In this document: positions 12,701 through 26,665 of the stretch, piece by piece | How positions within the stretch are numbered: the first letter of the stretch is position 1 | Layout: every line of letters begins with the position of its first letter | Assembly: GCA_951406725.2 (NCBI GenBank) | Contig: OX597817.1 | Location: 88,288,001-88,352,000, forward strand | Direction of reading: 5' to 3' | Length of the DNA: 64,000 nucleotides | Source of the DNA: Octopus vulgaris | Lineage: Eukaryota | Notes under the pieces: generated by a model | Database searches by the model: none | What the model was told of the DNA's origin: nothing | The model's input: only the letters and a program-made list of their open reading frames with translations | Translations under genes and position numbers: made by a program

Positions 12701-15639
12701 GGCATTCTAGTTATGGCTGTCTTGTCTTTTTTCCAGACGTAGTCTAATTTAGACTGTCCTTTTCTTACTTATAATGGTATGACATGACTTTGTAGAGATT
12801 TTATTGCTATTTCTAAGTCAGGTAATAGTGTAGTGCAGTCACAGGCCAGGCAAACTGCTGCCTGCAGGACTTTCTGAATGGCACACCTAAACAAAAAATT
12901 ACCTTGAATGTTTTTGGTTGAGTGACCCACCTAATGATGAACCATGCCTCATATGGCCTGCTCCTCAAAAATGGTTGTTCATGTAAAGGTTCTTTCATTG
13001 CTTTGACAATTCAGTACATTTATTACTTTAATGTGGGAGCTAAAGGAGCCAATGAAAATGACAGTAGCAGTACAAGGGATATGAAGAAAGACTCAACTTT
13101 ATGGTTTGAAAATTTATAATAATGTTAGATTTATAATGTTTGCAGAGCATATTGCTTAAGATATTTTCATAATATTCTAGTCTTCAATTACATATTATGT
13201 GGTGTAATGTGTATTTTTATGTTGACAGTTACTATTTCTTTCAAATTGTTGAATAGTTAAGTTAATGTTTGTCGGCTTTGGGTAAGCTGATCAATATAGA
13301 AACATTTTAGACATCATTCCATTTTTGCATTGCTGTTCCACTTCTGTAAGTCGACTTCTGCTTCAGTTTGTTGTCTAACTCCTGCATAAGTTGAGTTACC
13401 TTAAGGATTAGGAAGACTTAAAGTATTTGATGTTGAAAACACAAAATATCAAGGATTTAATTTTAGGAATATCTCCAATTTCTGTATTGGAATAAATAAT
13501 TTACAAAGAATCTTTCTTCAATGACTTCACATTGAACTACTTAGAGAGTGGCTGCTTCAACTCTTAGAATATTCTGAGTTCAGACTTTCAGAAATTGTTG
13601 AAAATTTGCAACAATTCCAAACTCGTTAATATATATATATCTTTTATATTTTACTCATTTCTTATTGGACTATGGGGATGTGGGGGTACCACCATGAAGG
13701 TTTTAGTCTAACAAATCAACCCCAGTACTTATATTTTAAGTCTAGTTTATCTCTTTTGCTGAACTACTAATTTGCAGGAACATAAACAAACCAATAATGG
13801 TTGTCACTGTGGTGGGGAAACCTTCACAGATACATATATACACACACTTGTGCAAACAGCTTCCACTCAGTTTCTGTCTATCCAATTCACTGACAAGGCA
13901 AGGTGTTGGTCAACCTGGGGCTATAATAGAAAAGAGTTACCCTTGTGAGCCTCATGGTGGGACTGAACCTGAAGCCATGTGGTTGCAAAGCAAGCTGCTT
14001 AACCACACAGTCTTAATTTCTTTCTGGTGCATTTTTTGGTTGGCTTCAATGTAAATGTTTTAAATTTGACAATTTCCTGAAATGATGGGTGAAATTATGG
14101 GCTAATTAGACAAGGCAAATGCTTTTAATGATCCAATTTAAATTAGCAGATTAGTGTCTAGTAGAAATATACAGCCAAGTAGTGGGTTTCAGAGAAAACC
14201 ATTTTCTGTATGAAGAAGTGACAGTGTTTGAGAGTTGTAGTACAGTATGGGTGTTGAGGTGAAGGATTATGGCTTAGTGGTTTGGCTGGTAGACTCATCA
14301 TAAGGTTGTGGGTTTAATCTCCATGTTGGGTATCATATGGGTTAAAAATTCCAAACTTTACCTGAGAAATTTGACATTATGAAACAACCATCTAGATCAC
14401 TGAGCAGAAAATCTAAGACCTTGTTCCTCTGCTGCCATAGAGACCCTTTATTTTGGAGGTCTTCCTCTTTGAAAAATCTTGAAAAGTGTACAAATCTTAA
14501 GTTTTCAAATCAAAAGCACCAACACAACCATCCACATGACTGCACTCAACCAATGACAATCAAACCATTTGGTGTTTTATATCAACACTTTCAACACTGT
14601 AAAGAGTGATCAGCTTTGTTCACTTGCAATGCGGAGTTCACTTATGTATTTGAAGGAGCAGAGAGGGAAATATTACACTGGAATATTCTTCTTTTTGAAG
14701 CACTGCATCACAACTGAATGAACTTCAGTGAAGTTCAATTCATCCAAAGTTTGGATTAAAGAAAACTATTACCTGGCACTCATGGTGCCTATTTCCATCT
14801 AGGTACATTAATCTAGTCTGAATTAAAGGTAAAAATCAGTTTTCATGCAATACTTTTGAGGCTTTATGGTAACATATGGTTTTGATCATATGACAGTTCT
14901 GTGTATGTAGTAATCAGTGACAGTTAATGAAAATTCTATATTGGGAGTGGGAATAGTAATACACATGCACCCTCGCATTCACACATACACATGCATGAGA
15001 GAGGGAGATAAATATGATGTCAGTGTATCATAAGAGCTTGATGACTAAAATGTCAGTAAACACTTTAAAGCTGTGATTTTAACAGAAAATAGGTAAATAT
15101 ATATATATAGAGAGAGAGAGATAGATAGGGTTTTACATATTTATTTTCTTTTTCTCATCATTTATATTCATCATGTGTCATAATTTTATTCACCTTCCAA
15201 CTGAATTTTCTGCTTGTTTATCATGTGTATTAAATTCATGTTTTAAAGCAAACGTTTAGCTGAATTTCGCAAGAACACTCTATTGATGGGTATGAACCAT
15301 CAATTATTCCTCAACTGATATCCTCACACTGTCTACTCAAGCATCCATCCTTTAGCTCTAGCTTTCAGACAGAGCCTCTCTACACTGTATGCTTATAAAA
15401 GGTCAGGGGATTAATACATTTATTTACTGAAAGTAAATTAGGAATGTGCAATAAATTATTCTTAAAATGTCAAAGTGTTTTGCATGTGTTAATGAGTCAA
15501 AATAAGCTGTTGCTATTAACTTTGGATTGTAGTCAAATGTACTTAGTCACCTTATTGTGTGTGTGTGTGTGTGTGTTTAAGTGCTATTGTTATTTCCTGT
15601 AAGTGTGACAGTTAGGTGTTTTCTCCTATTTTAAAATGC

Positions 15640-15833
15640 TAGTTTGATGTTTCCTGCTACCTCTATAAGTTCCAAGTTAAGTATTTCTGCTAGTTCTATA
15701 AGTGATACAATTAGATGTTTCCTGTTACTTCTATAGGTCTTTGTTAGATGTTTTCTGCTACTTCTATAGGTGCTATTGTTGTTTCTGCTACTTTTATAAG
15801 TTCTGGTCAGATATTTCCTGATACTTCTATAAG
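15640..15833. repeat. Minisatellite, ~31-33-bp unit, about 6 copies
   Basis: Repeated gttagatgtttcctgctacttctataagt with small variations. Confidence 0.8.
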
Positions 15834-16262
15834 CAAAACTAACTCATTTCCACATGACATTTTATCTAGATGATTTTCATGTTGACCTTATTGCAATGTG
15901 CACATTGTGCACCACTTATTGGAAAAAACACCCAGCACTCCGTTGGTCACAATGAGGGTTCCAATTGACTCAATGAACAGAGTAACCTGCTTGTGAAATT
16001 AATGTGCAAGTGGCTGGGCACTCCACAAATACATATCCTTAACGTTGTTCTCAGGGAGATTCAGTGTGACAAGGCTGGCCCATTGACATAGAGGTACTAT
16101 TCATTTTTGCCAGCTGAGTTGACTTGAGCAGCATGAAATAGTATCTTGCCCAAGGACATAACATACCGCTGGGAATTGAAGTGACGACCTTATATGAGCA
16201 AAATACCCTAACCACTAAGCCACACAAGTTGTTGGTTGGCATCCTTTTTGTCTCGGGAGACA

Positions 16263-17392
16263 ATGGAGTTGCGCATAAAATAGTCTAGTCTGGCTTTTAC
16301 ATTTCATGTCCTAATACATTTCCTGCTGTGGCTGTGTAGTCCTATATCTGGACAAACACTCCCTCTGGCAGGTACCGCAAATGTAGCAAAGACTTTCCTG
16401 GCTGATTGTAATGTCATAGTTTCTTGTTGACGTCTTTTCTTGTCTTTCCATTTCTCTCTCTCTCTCTCTGTCACTCCTTTGTGTTCCTTCTTTTACGGTA
16501 CGTCGCCAATCTCCACGGTTGCTGGCAGCTGCTTCCCAGTTGCTAATATTGATGTTCCAGGCCTTCATGTCCCCTTTGCAAACATCCTTGTAACGTAAGA
16601 ACGGTCTTCCCACAGACCTAGTGCCCCTAGCAAGCTCTCCGTAGAATATGTCCTTGGGGATTCTGCTATCTTCCATACGGCCAACATGTCCAAGCCATCT
16701 CATACGTCTTTGTGTGAGGAGTGCAAACATGCTCGGTATTCCTGCTTGTAAGGCAGCGAGCTGGCAGAATCGTTAGCACGCCGGGCGAAATGCTTAGCGG
16801 TATTTCATCTGCGTTACGTTGTGAGTTCAAATTCCGCCAAGGTCAACTTTGCCTTTCATCCTTTCGGGGTCGATAAATTAAGTACCAGTTACGCACTGGG
16901 GTCGATGTAATCGACTTAATACCTATGTCTGTCCTTGTTTGTCCCCTCTGTGTTTAGCCCCTTGTGGGTAATAAAGAAATAGGTATTCCTGCTTGCTTGA
17001 GGACATCTTTGTTGAGGATATGATTCTGCCATTTGATGCGAAGGATTTTCCGGAGGCAGCGCAGGTGAAAGATGTTTAGGCGACGCTCTTGGCATGTGTA
17101 TGGTGTCCAAGTCTCACTTCCATACAGTAGAGTGCTAAGTACACATGCCTGATAGATTTTCATTTTTGTGGTCTTAGTCAGCTTATTGTTGTCCCATGCC
17201 CGTTTAGAGAGTTGGGCCATCACAGCAGCTGCCTTGCCAATGCGTATATTGAGCTCAGCATCAAGGGATAGGTTGTAGGTGACGGTAGAGCCAAGATAGG
17301 TAAACTTCTCCACCTCCTATAATCTGTGGTCTCCAATATGTATGTTTGGGATGTCCAATGTAGCCTGACCCATGATGTTGGTCTTCTTGAGC
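16263..17392 (-). mobile_element. RTE-clade LINE 3' fragment (RT C-terminal region), interrupted by a SINE
   Basis: ORFs 16954-17313 (FTYLGS...RIGKAA...KIYQACVLSTLLYGSETW...FHLRCLRKILRIKWQ) and 16311-16730 (RRMRWLGHVGRMEDSRIPK...GRPFLRYKD) are typical RTE RT C-terminal sequence. Confidence 0.9.
16749..16981 (+). mobile_element. tRNA-derived SINE with Deu/Nin-like core (family A), young copy
   Basis: 14-bp TSD ggtattcctgcttg at 16735-16748 and 16982-16995. A-box-like tggcagaatcg, B box gagttcaaattcc, core gcctttcatcctttcggggtcgataaa. CpGs are retained. Confidence 0.88.
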
Positions 17393-19895
17393 CACACAAG
17401 TAAAGATGTGTTAAATAACTGCATTTGATGCTCTAACGTCAACAACAGAGTACTGCTCCCACATCTAAGATGGTTCAGCTATCTGCACAAACTTCCATAT
17501 CCAGAAGAAAGCCATCTGACTAACTGACAAAGACTGACTCTGCAATGCAGTTCAACCTCTGACCTAATCAGTTTTCTCACCCTACTTGTTATAGCTTCTA
17601 CATTTTCTGTTCCTTTCGACTAACTTGAGGCACATCACTTCCACTTGAGATCATTTATCCTTCTTTATTTTGTCACTCATACTCACACTAACCTATATCT
17701 CACACTAACCATTTTTTCCTCAAACTCTTACCAGAATGTCAACTCTTTTGAACTCCCTCACCATGTCTTTCTTGTAGGTATAGATTTATAGATGTTCTAA
17801 CTGAACATAAACCATTATTGATATCTCTGGTCTTAGAGGCTGCTTTCTCTTGGTTATATCTACAATAAAAGACAATAACAAACTTGAAAATTTTGCAATA
17901 TTCTGTTTTGGTCTAACAGTTGAAGAAACAAGAAGTCTTTTCATATTGCTGTCTCTAATGTTCTCATGAATTGGAACAGTGGACTTGTTTACACTCTTTC
18001 ATGTAGTGATGTTCTAGATGAGTGATGGGGAACCTTTGAATTCTGGTCTGTTGAAATTTATGATAAAATATTGCAGAGTTTTTTTGGGGTTTTTTTTCCA
18101 GCCTAAGCATGTTTCCTAAATATCAACAGTGTGCCACTGCTGACATACATGTCATAGGTCTACCATCAGTGCCGTACACGAAAGGAAAAGCTGCAGTGAT
18201 CATTGTCTTCCATAGAGCACTAGTGAAAGGAAATGAAGTCATTTGTATGTCAGTTACAGGCACTTCTGGCATAATCAGCAAACAGACAATGCTTAGTCCA
18301 GTGAGAAATACAGCCATACACATACTATCTGGAAGTCTTCACATAAGTTTTTATTGACTTCACCTTTTTATGTCTTGTATCTCAATTTCACAGTTTGAGA
18401 GGGTTATCTACATGATCAGCTACCATAATACACTTCAAAGTTTCCTATTTGTTTCTAAATTGCTTTTGTGATAAGCAATAGCCAACTTTTTTTTCATTGC
18501 TATTGGTGGAGTGTTGGTTTTTGATGAAGCATTAGGATGTGTCTTTACATATATTTTTTTAGCTGTTTTGACATAACAGTTAGCTCATCAACCACAGCTT
18601 TCACTAATTGCTCATTTTCTATGGTGAGAAATGCTCTGTATATAAGTTCCAGTAAAGTTATTTTATAAAGTCTCACAAGACAAAGTGGGTCACTGACCAT
18701 CCCGTCCTTTGGCTGTTGAAAACCAATCTAATTTCTGGTAATTGTTATATTCCGTAATCAACATTTAATGGGTCAATATCCATTTCTCTGAGTTTTCCTT
18801 CCAGTCTTAAACACACAGTTGGGACAGCTTTTTTGAGTTTTTAAGCTGGTAGCTAATCCCTAAATCTACACTTGTTTCCTTTAAGACTCCTAATTTTCTG
18901 TTTTTAGTGAAGATAGTGCAAGTAATTTTTAAGCCACCTTGAATTCACCAGTTGTCATTCTGCTGCCAGTGATAAATATTAAACAACTCTTTTGAATAAA
19001 GCCTGAAAAACAACGACCTTTATGAGACTTATCAATAAACATATTTGCTTATGCATTCTTTCTGTCTTCTCTTCACTCCCCAGCTGGTAATTAGGAGTGA
19101 ATTATCTCCCTTAAATTATCATCTTTACTCCACCATCCCACTATCTTTGTCTCTAATATCATCATCACAATTACAAGCCTGTGTGGGAGCTTCTTCACAG
19201 CCAAATGAAGAAATCATCAACAAAACACTCAGTTAGCCAAAACTGTGACCTTAGAACATATTGCCCATCCTAGAGACAGAATGGTAAGACCCAATACTCT
19301 CATAGTAAAGACAGGTCATAGTTTCAGCTCTAATTAAATACTAAGCTTTTCAACAAACTGGCTTGTTGGGCATCTTATGTCTGTTGGGTATGAAAATTTC
19401 CTATGTATTTTACACACGGCCCATATGACAAATTAGTGGGTGGTAATGTAAGACAAAAAAAAACCCGGAAAAGCTTTAAATTAGGAGGAAGGATTAGGAT
19501 AACAAATTTAGTTTCAACTGGCAGATGACCACTGAAATAGTCATTATAAGCCTTTAGTTGTTGCCATGGATCAATAATATTTATATGGATTAATCCTTCC
19601 AGTTCTGTTTGTTGTCTAATGGTTGTCTCAGTTACCTTTAGATATGATGTGCTTTCTTCTAAATTTTAGTATGTTTGGTTTTGTTGATGAAGATGTGAGA
19701 CCTAATGAAAGTTAGAGTTTGTCTCTATATCACTTTTCATCAAGTAGTTCTATGATCAAAGCTAATGACACCAAAATATTCTTTACTAGTAGTGGAACCA
19801 AATGCTATAACAGCTGGGAAGATTAGGAAGGAGATAGAGGTAACTTAAGTGTTAGTGATATGTGCTTATATCTTGAAAGGTAAGATACATTATGT

Positions 19896-20135
19896 GGAGG
19901 CACGTGGCTTAGTGGTTAGGGTGTCAGCACCATGATTGTAAGATTGTGGTTTCGATTCCTGGACCAGGCGACGCATTGTGTTCTTGAGCAAAACACTTCA
20001 TTTCACGTTGCTTCAGTCCACTCAGCTGGCAAAAAAGAGTAACACTGCAATGGACTGGTGTCCCGTCCAGCTGAGGAACACATACACCATAGAAACCGGG
20101 CGCATGAGCCTGACTAGGCTTTAAAAAGGGTGCAT
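19896..20135 (+). mobile_element. tRNA-derived SINE family C (Meta-like tgtgttcttgagcaa core)
   Basis: A box tggcttagtgg, B box ggtttcgattcc, core ttgtgttcttgagcaaaacacttcatttcacgttgc...ccactcagctg. Copies lie at ~16085-16225(-), 22178-22410, 31156-31440, 35790-35992(-) and 60085-60318(-). Confidence 0.78.
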
Positions 20136-23100
20136 TTATTTATTTTTATTAAGATACATTATAGAGAGAAATAACTATTGATGTGTCAAAACTAATGTTG
20201 AGGGTCGTAGCAAAGCTTGTTTGTACAAAATATGAGTGTTTGGGTAGGCTTGCATCTAGATGTAGAAACAAAAATGTTATATTTGTTGTGAGATAATTGC
20301 AAGAGGAGGTAAAGAATAAACAGCTGTATATTCATATTAGTGCCAGTGGTTGACAGTCTCTTATTTTGAAGTCAGGTAGGAGGCAATGAAAATGCTGAGT
20401 GCTGATAAAAAAAAACTCATCAGAAAATTTCAATTTGCATATTTAAAAATTAAAAGTAGAATTAGTTTTAAAGGTGTGATGTGAATGTGTGACACAACTG
20501 TGTGGAATGAATGTGTAATAGTTTTGAATGCATGTAAATTTGAAAACAGTTATTTTCACATGAGAGACATAAGCTGATGTCTTCAGGAACATGTAAAGGG
20601 ATAATAATATATGGTGAGGACAGCCTGAATTGATTGTAGAGACTTGGAAATTGGTTCTAGAAATGATTTATCATTGAGTCAATAGACAGAAAAGCAAATG
20701 GAAGAATGCTGCTGCTGATGATGATAGTAAAACAACATTTGGAAGCATTTTATTCTTTTCCATTTACATTGAACATTAAATTGTGAAGAATCTTTGCAAA
20801 AAACTAAATCTTCAATTTCCCTTTTAATTCTTCTCCAAAATATTTCATTATCTCCACCATTTAATTGTACAAAGCACCATTTCTTTGAGACCTAAACTGA
20901 TTTCTTTTGTTTTTTAACTATAGAAGAAGATAACCCTTGCAGAAATAAAGACAGCATTAATTTACAAGTAACAGTCATTTCAACAGTTAATGGCCATAAA
21001 GTTGACTCCTCTCCCAATACTTATTCTAATACCATACAGCCAACTTCTAAACACAGTAGGTTGGCCACCTTCACTATTTTCAACTTCATAGTTTATTGCA
21101 CTTAATCTGCTCTTGCAACATCATCTAATATTTTCTCTTCAGCTTTAATGTCCAATGAACGTTAACAAAATGAGTCTATCTTCTCTAGACACTGCAATGC
21201 CCGACACTTCACATATGACTAATGTTGTTCAGAAATCCTGCTGTGATGGTATGTAGTGACCCATTTCATCATACCTATGGGTTTTCCAAAATTCCTAAAA
21301 ACAATTATCATGGAATGATGAAATAATGATAATTATTATCTTAACATCCACATTTCCATACTTGCATGAGCCAGACAGAATTTGTGGCAGATTTTCTTCC
21401 TAGATGCCCTTCCTCTTGTCAACCTTTGCCTATTTCCAAACATGGTAATATTTCCCATGGTCAGACATGTTTTTTCACAGAAAACTAGAAGCAAACAATA
21501 TAGCTTGTATGGTCATGCATTTGTTGACAGCTAGTCAAGACAAGGGTGTACACAAGAGTGATGTCAAGACAATGTACACACACACACACATACACACAAA
21601 CAAACTCACTCAATCTCACACTCACTCAATCTCTCACTCACACTCACACAACTGGCTTCTTTCAGTTTCCATCTACCAAATTCACTCACAAGGCTTTTGT
21701 CAGTGTTATTGTGCCATTCAGTGAGACTGATCCAACACTATATGGTTAGGAAACATTTGTGATCCTCCCTCCACCCATCCTCCATAAAAAGTATTGGGTT
21801 CTATTAGCTCTATTGAAGAGCAAGGGAGCTCAGCAAGTCCAGCCACCCTTCCGATGTTACAGAGGCAATGCTATCTATACCCTTTGGTCCCTACTGGCAA
21901 GAAATTGGACTGGACCACTGTAAGCTAAATATCTTGGCTATGAACAGATCTAAAATGTCTATATTTAATCAGTCCCTATTCTATAACAAGTACTTGTGCT
22001 GAAGTATTTACATTAAGCTCATTGTTGCTCTAACCCAAAGCCAATAATCCAAAAAAGTGTCAAAATTATTAGTGTATAGGTAATGTGCTTGTCTACTTAA
22101 TGAAGCAGCTTTGAATTTAGTCTTGAAATATTAGTCTCATGCTGTATGGATTTGATACATTATATTAGGAAATTGTGAAGGTGTGTGGCCTAGAGGTTAG
22201 GATGTTGCACTCGTGATCATAAGGTCATGGTTTCTGTTCCTAGACCAAGTGGTACATTGTGTTTTTGGGCAAACACTTCATTTCACATTGCTCCACTCCA
22301 CTCAGCTGTAAATGAGTAACTCTGTGATGGACCGACATCCCATTCAAGGAAAATGTGATCTCACCCACTTATATACCTTAGAAATTGAGTAACTGACCCT
22401 ATGAGTCATAAGGCTCAAAGACAGTATTGTCCAGAGAAATTAAAAGCAAAACAAAAAGAAACTTCTTTCCATTGATCATTAATAGAACACTTCCAGCATA
22501 AATTAAAAGAAAAATTTATCTTCACTCAGGAAACAGCTGTAACTTTGCAGAAAAATATTGAATAAATATTATTTAAAAGAATTTTGAAAATGTTAGTCTT
22601 TTGCTTAATCATACACATGACAGAATAGAAAGAAACCATTTACAAGTATGTAAATGAAATTAGAGAATAAAAGAATAATACATTAACCTGTATTTGTAAA
22701 TATCAGGTCTGACTTGAATCTGTTACTAAACATCAAAGCCAATGTTTTGTGGGGAATTAAAGCCCACTAAATGTAAACTTCAAGTTGTTACATTAATCTG
22801 TAGACTTAATCTGATTCATAAAGAATAGAAAATTGAGCATGAGAGAGGTTTTCAAGGGAATAAGATTAGCATAAAATTGCACAAACATCAATTATCCCAG
22901 TCTTTTCAGTCATCACCCTATGCTGGCACAAAGTCAGCAAGTTTGTAGGAGGGGACTAGTCAATTACATCAACCCCAGTACTTAACTGGTACTTATTTTA
23001 TCGGCCCCAAAAGGATAAAAGGCAAAGTCAGCCTTAGCAGAATTTGAACTCAGAATATTTAAGACGCACAAAATGCATTTTTCCCAACATGCTAATGATT

Positions 23101-24929
23101 CTGCCAACTTGTTGCTTTGCCTGCACAACTAATATTAACTGTCAATTGTTATGTTCCCTGTTGCAATGCATTCTCCCTAAAATAAACTAATTTTAATCTA
23201 GAATGGTGATTGCATGCTTTCAGTTTCAAATAACAAACTTGAAAAACAGGTAAGGCTTGGCAACAGGAAAAGCATCCAGTGATAAATTACTACCTCAAAA
23301 AGGGCAAGCCTGCCCAATCCATGCGAGTATTGAAAAACAAACAGTAAACATCTTTTCATTAACAAGCAAACATCATTACTTGTTGAGTGCTGAACAAAAA
23401 CAAAATTGCAATTAGGAGTGAGAAACATAAGCTCATTGACTAACGTTAAGTCTAATCATAGAAAGAGTGGTTGGGGAGGCGACTCTGAAATTGTAAATAA
23501 AAACTAGAATTAACTTTTGTCACGAGCAGATGAAAACATTAGCTCAAGGATTAATAATAAGTTAATCTGAAGTTTCAGTCTGTTATTGTTTCATATGGAT
23601 GGCGTCCCTAAGTAATTTCCCTTAATTAGTATCCACATAATCACGTGTGCAAGCTAGCATAAATGCACACTATTTGCTGGGCAGATAAATAGCCATGCAC
23701 ATGCACACGTACACATGAGATACAAATATATTCTCCCCCTCCCCCCACACACAAGCACTGTAAGGATATGATGTACCTTAGCTTCTCGTTTCATATGAGT
23801 TCATCTGATTGGCTATTGGGGGATTTAACCTGATAATCCATTGCTAATTGTCAAAATAGCTTTACAGATATTTGCAAAAACCTTTAAGATTAGTGATAAT
23901 CTATCCTTTCTTAATGATAGAAGTAATTAAAAGTAACTCGAGCAGGGGTCATGAAAAAAAAAAGCCACCACTACTGCTACTATGACGAAGACAACAACAA
24001 AAATGTGGGTTTTTTTTTTTTTTTGTTTGATTTAGACCTAATTATCCAGAAGTAATCTACTTTGGAATGTTAGTCACGCTTTTTGATCTTTCTTTTTTTC
24101 TTTCTTTTTTGCTTTAAAAAGTATATTTTCCTCATTTTGTGGCTATTTCAAACAGCTTGTTTAAATATAAACATGTTTACTATCATGAATACTGTAAATT
24201 TTTTTTTATGACTATGTAATAACTGGTAGAGAACATATATGAATGTATACATGTGTGTGTGTGTATGTATGTATAAATAATTCTTTCTTCTATAGACACA
24301 AGGCCTTAAATTTTATGGAGGGGTACTAGTTGATTACATCAACCCCAGTACTTAACTGGTACTTATTTTATCAATCCTGAAGTGATGGAAGGCTAAACGT
24401 CAGCAGAATATGAAGATGGACAAAATACCTCTGAGCATTTTACCCAGTATGCTAATGATTCTGCCAGCTTGTCACCTTTATATATGTATAAATAATGATA
24501 GAAAATAAGTCAGAAGTGATGGAGGCATCTCTTTTCCTTTTATATACAGATATAAAAAGTCTGAATTTTCCTTAAGAAACAAAAGAATACTGCTTAAATT
24601 ATTATTATCATCATTTAACATCCATTTTCCATGCTGGTATGGGTTGGATAGTTTAATCAGAGCTGGTAAGACCAGGCTCCATTGTCTATTCTGACATGGT
24701 TTCTATGGCTGGATGTCCTTCCTAGTGCCAACCAGGAAGTGGTTTGTAAGTTTTAACACCATGGGGACCCATGGTAGAGGAAGATGGAGAAAGATGAGGT
24801 TAAATCTCAGCTGACACTATGTACACCACAATCCTTTTACAATTGACCTTATGTGAGGATAAATGCCAGTGCTTTATAGCCTTTCCCTACCTCTGTGCTA
24901 TCCCACTATTCAGGTAATATAGAAATAAC

Positions 24930-25200
24930 TGTTCAAGGTTGGTGTCATTAATGATCAATCTAAATTGTAGGAAGTTTTGGACAGATGCAAAAGAATTTTT
25001 TTTATTTGATATTATCACAGAAGTGCAAAGTCCATATTTCTTTTGGGGCTCCAAAACAGATAGGAAAGAGTTATCCTTAGAGCAGAAATCTAATCTGAAT
25101 GAACTCTGTGAAACATCCTCCACCTTCCCCATGAACCAAGTGGTGATATTAAACAAGGTGACAGATTCAGTCTGCTGTCCCAAAATAGGAATGGTCCTTC
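24930..25200 (+). mobile_element. Possible highly degenerate LINE APE-endonuclease fossil
   Basis: ORF text FFWGSKTDRK...EQ...NELCETSSTF...TDSVCCP resembles the (H)xxWGS...LN...PT...IDL block of LINE endonucleases. The catalytic GDFN motif is not preserved. Confidence 0.25.
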
Positions 25201-26534
25201 TGATGGGCTTTCATACAGTTTCCTTTCACAAAATATCATAGACCTAGGGCTGTATGCAGGAGATGAATGCCTAAGATGCCACAAAGTGAGATTGTACCAG
25301 GAACCATGGTACAATCCCACTTTAACCTCACAACCATGTCTACCCAGTTTTGGAACTGAAAAGAATGAATGCTTATGGGCTCATTTGGAATGAGGTAAGG
25401 GTGGAGAAACAACTAAAAGATAATAACCCAAGATCCCAGGATGTAAGGATGTAAAAAATGTAGCACAAATAGGCACAGTGTATCTTAAATAGAATTATAC
25501 AAAAATAAAACAGTAATATGACCACTGTTATGGTGATGATATCTTTTGGTTATTATTTGTATAATGAAATATGCTTACATCTATACATACCTGGTATTAA
25601 TTTTATCAACCCTGGCAAGATTGTACAGGAATGGAACTAAATATTTTTAGAAATTTACAGTGTGATTGATTCTATACCATTCCAGTCAGTCACTGATTTC
25701 AATGATTATAGTGGTGACATTGGCAAGTCGTATGATATTATGAAAGTGTACTATTTAAGTAAGTTTATAATGGGTCTTATTTTCAGAACTTTCACCAAAC
25801 TAATGAGATTTAGAAGGATTCAACTAAGAGATTAAAAGGATTCTCCTTAATCTTGTTATTTGGATTCCAACAGGCATTTTTTTAATGCTCTAGTTATAAT
25901 TGTAGGCTTAGCCACAAGATCCCCAGTTTATATATACATACCTGAACTCCAAGACACCTTACTTTTACAAATCCTTCATGGTCAAAAGTAATTTAGTCTG
26001 CAGCTTAGAGTGACAATGATAAAAGGATTGGTTAATCAGAACTGTATCATGTGTACTTCTATCATGGTTCAAACCTTGCAGTAAACTTGAACTAAGCATT
26101 GTAAGTTAATGAAATATTTATTAATTAAACACTGTTGCTGCTAGTTATAATTATGCACTATGTCTATGTGATACCTATTTACAAATAAATGGACTGAACC
26201 AAAGAATTCTGCATCTCAACCTTTTGAGATAATCATGCAAGTGACAGAATGCTAACCATTGTATTCACCTTAAACATGCAAACATTGTCAAGCTTATACA
26301 TACAAGCTCATACAAACACATTTGCACAAAGAAAATCTTCATAATGCATGTTCTTAAACATTTATAAATGGCTATAAAATCATTCATATCTATTACTCTG
26401 AACATTTTTGACTTTAACCCTTTGGCATTCAGTTTACTTTTTCAACTGTAATGCTTATTTATTCACATTGTTTTTAATTAATCATGTATTACCTCATAAC
26501 TTCAAACTTTTAATGAAGTAATTGTTTATTTTTA

Positions 26535-26665
26535 CACTATTTACATTCAATGGATATTTGTCCTCATCTTGTTTGTTGTTAACACAACGTTTCGGCTTAT
26601 ATACCCTCCAGCCTTCTTCAGGTGTCTTGGGGAAAATTTCGAACCTGGGTTCTCATTCCTAAGGT
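26535..26665 (-). mobile_element. 5'-truncated copy of the hammerhead-tailed element inserted in a MITE
   Basis: Near-identical to 9578-9710 in reverse orientation. 14-bp TSD attgtttattttta at 26521-26534 and 26666-26679. Confidence 0.8.
26581..26626 (-). ncRNA. Minimal type-I hammerhead ribozyme motif
   Basis: Minus strand gacac CUGAAGA a ggcug-gaggguauau-aagcc GAAA CG UU guguu: stem I gacac/guguu, stem II ggcug/aagcc (one mismatch), palindromic ACGU stem III, GUU cleavage triplet. Confidence 0.65.

Noticed and set aside
13197-13260. ATGTGGTGT (MWC) as a candidate MYLIP start exon
   Set aside because: The following residues (NVYFYVDSYYF) do not match the EVEV...GxxCL pattern.
15640-15833. 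CRISPR-like periodic ~32-bp repeat
   Set aside because: Units are contiguous and degenerate with no unique spacers and no cas genes, in a eukaryotic context. It is an ordinary minisatellite.
17850-19330. Coding-like composition suggesting a fossil DNA transposon or exons
   Set aside because: No open frame or confident motif by eye; it would need BLASTX or RepeatMasker.
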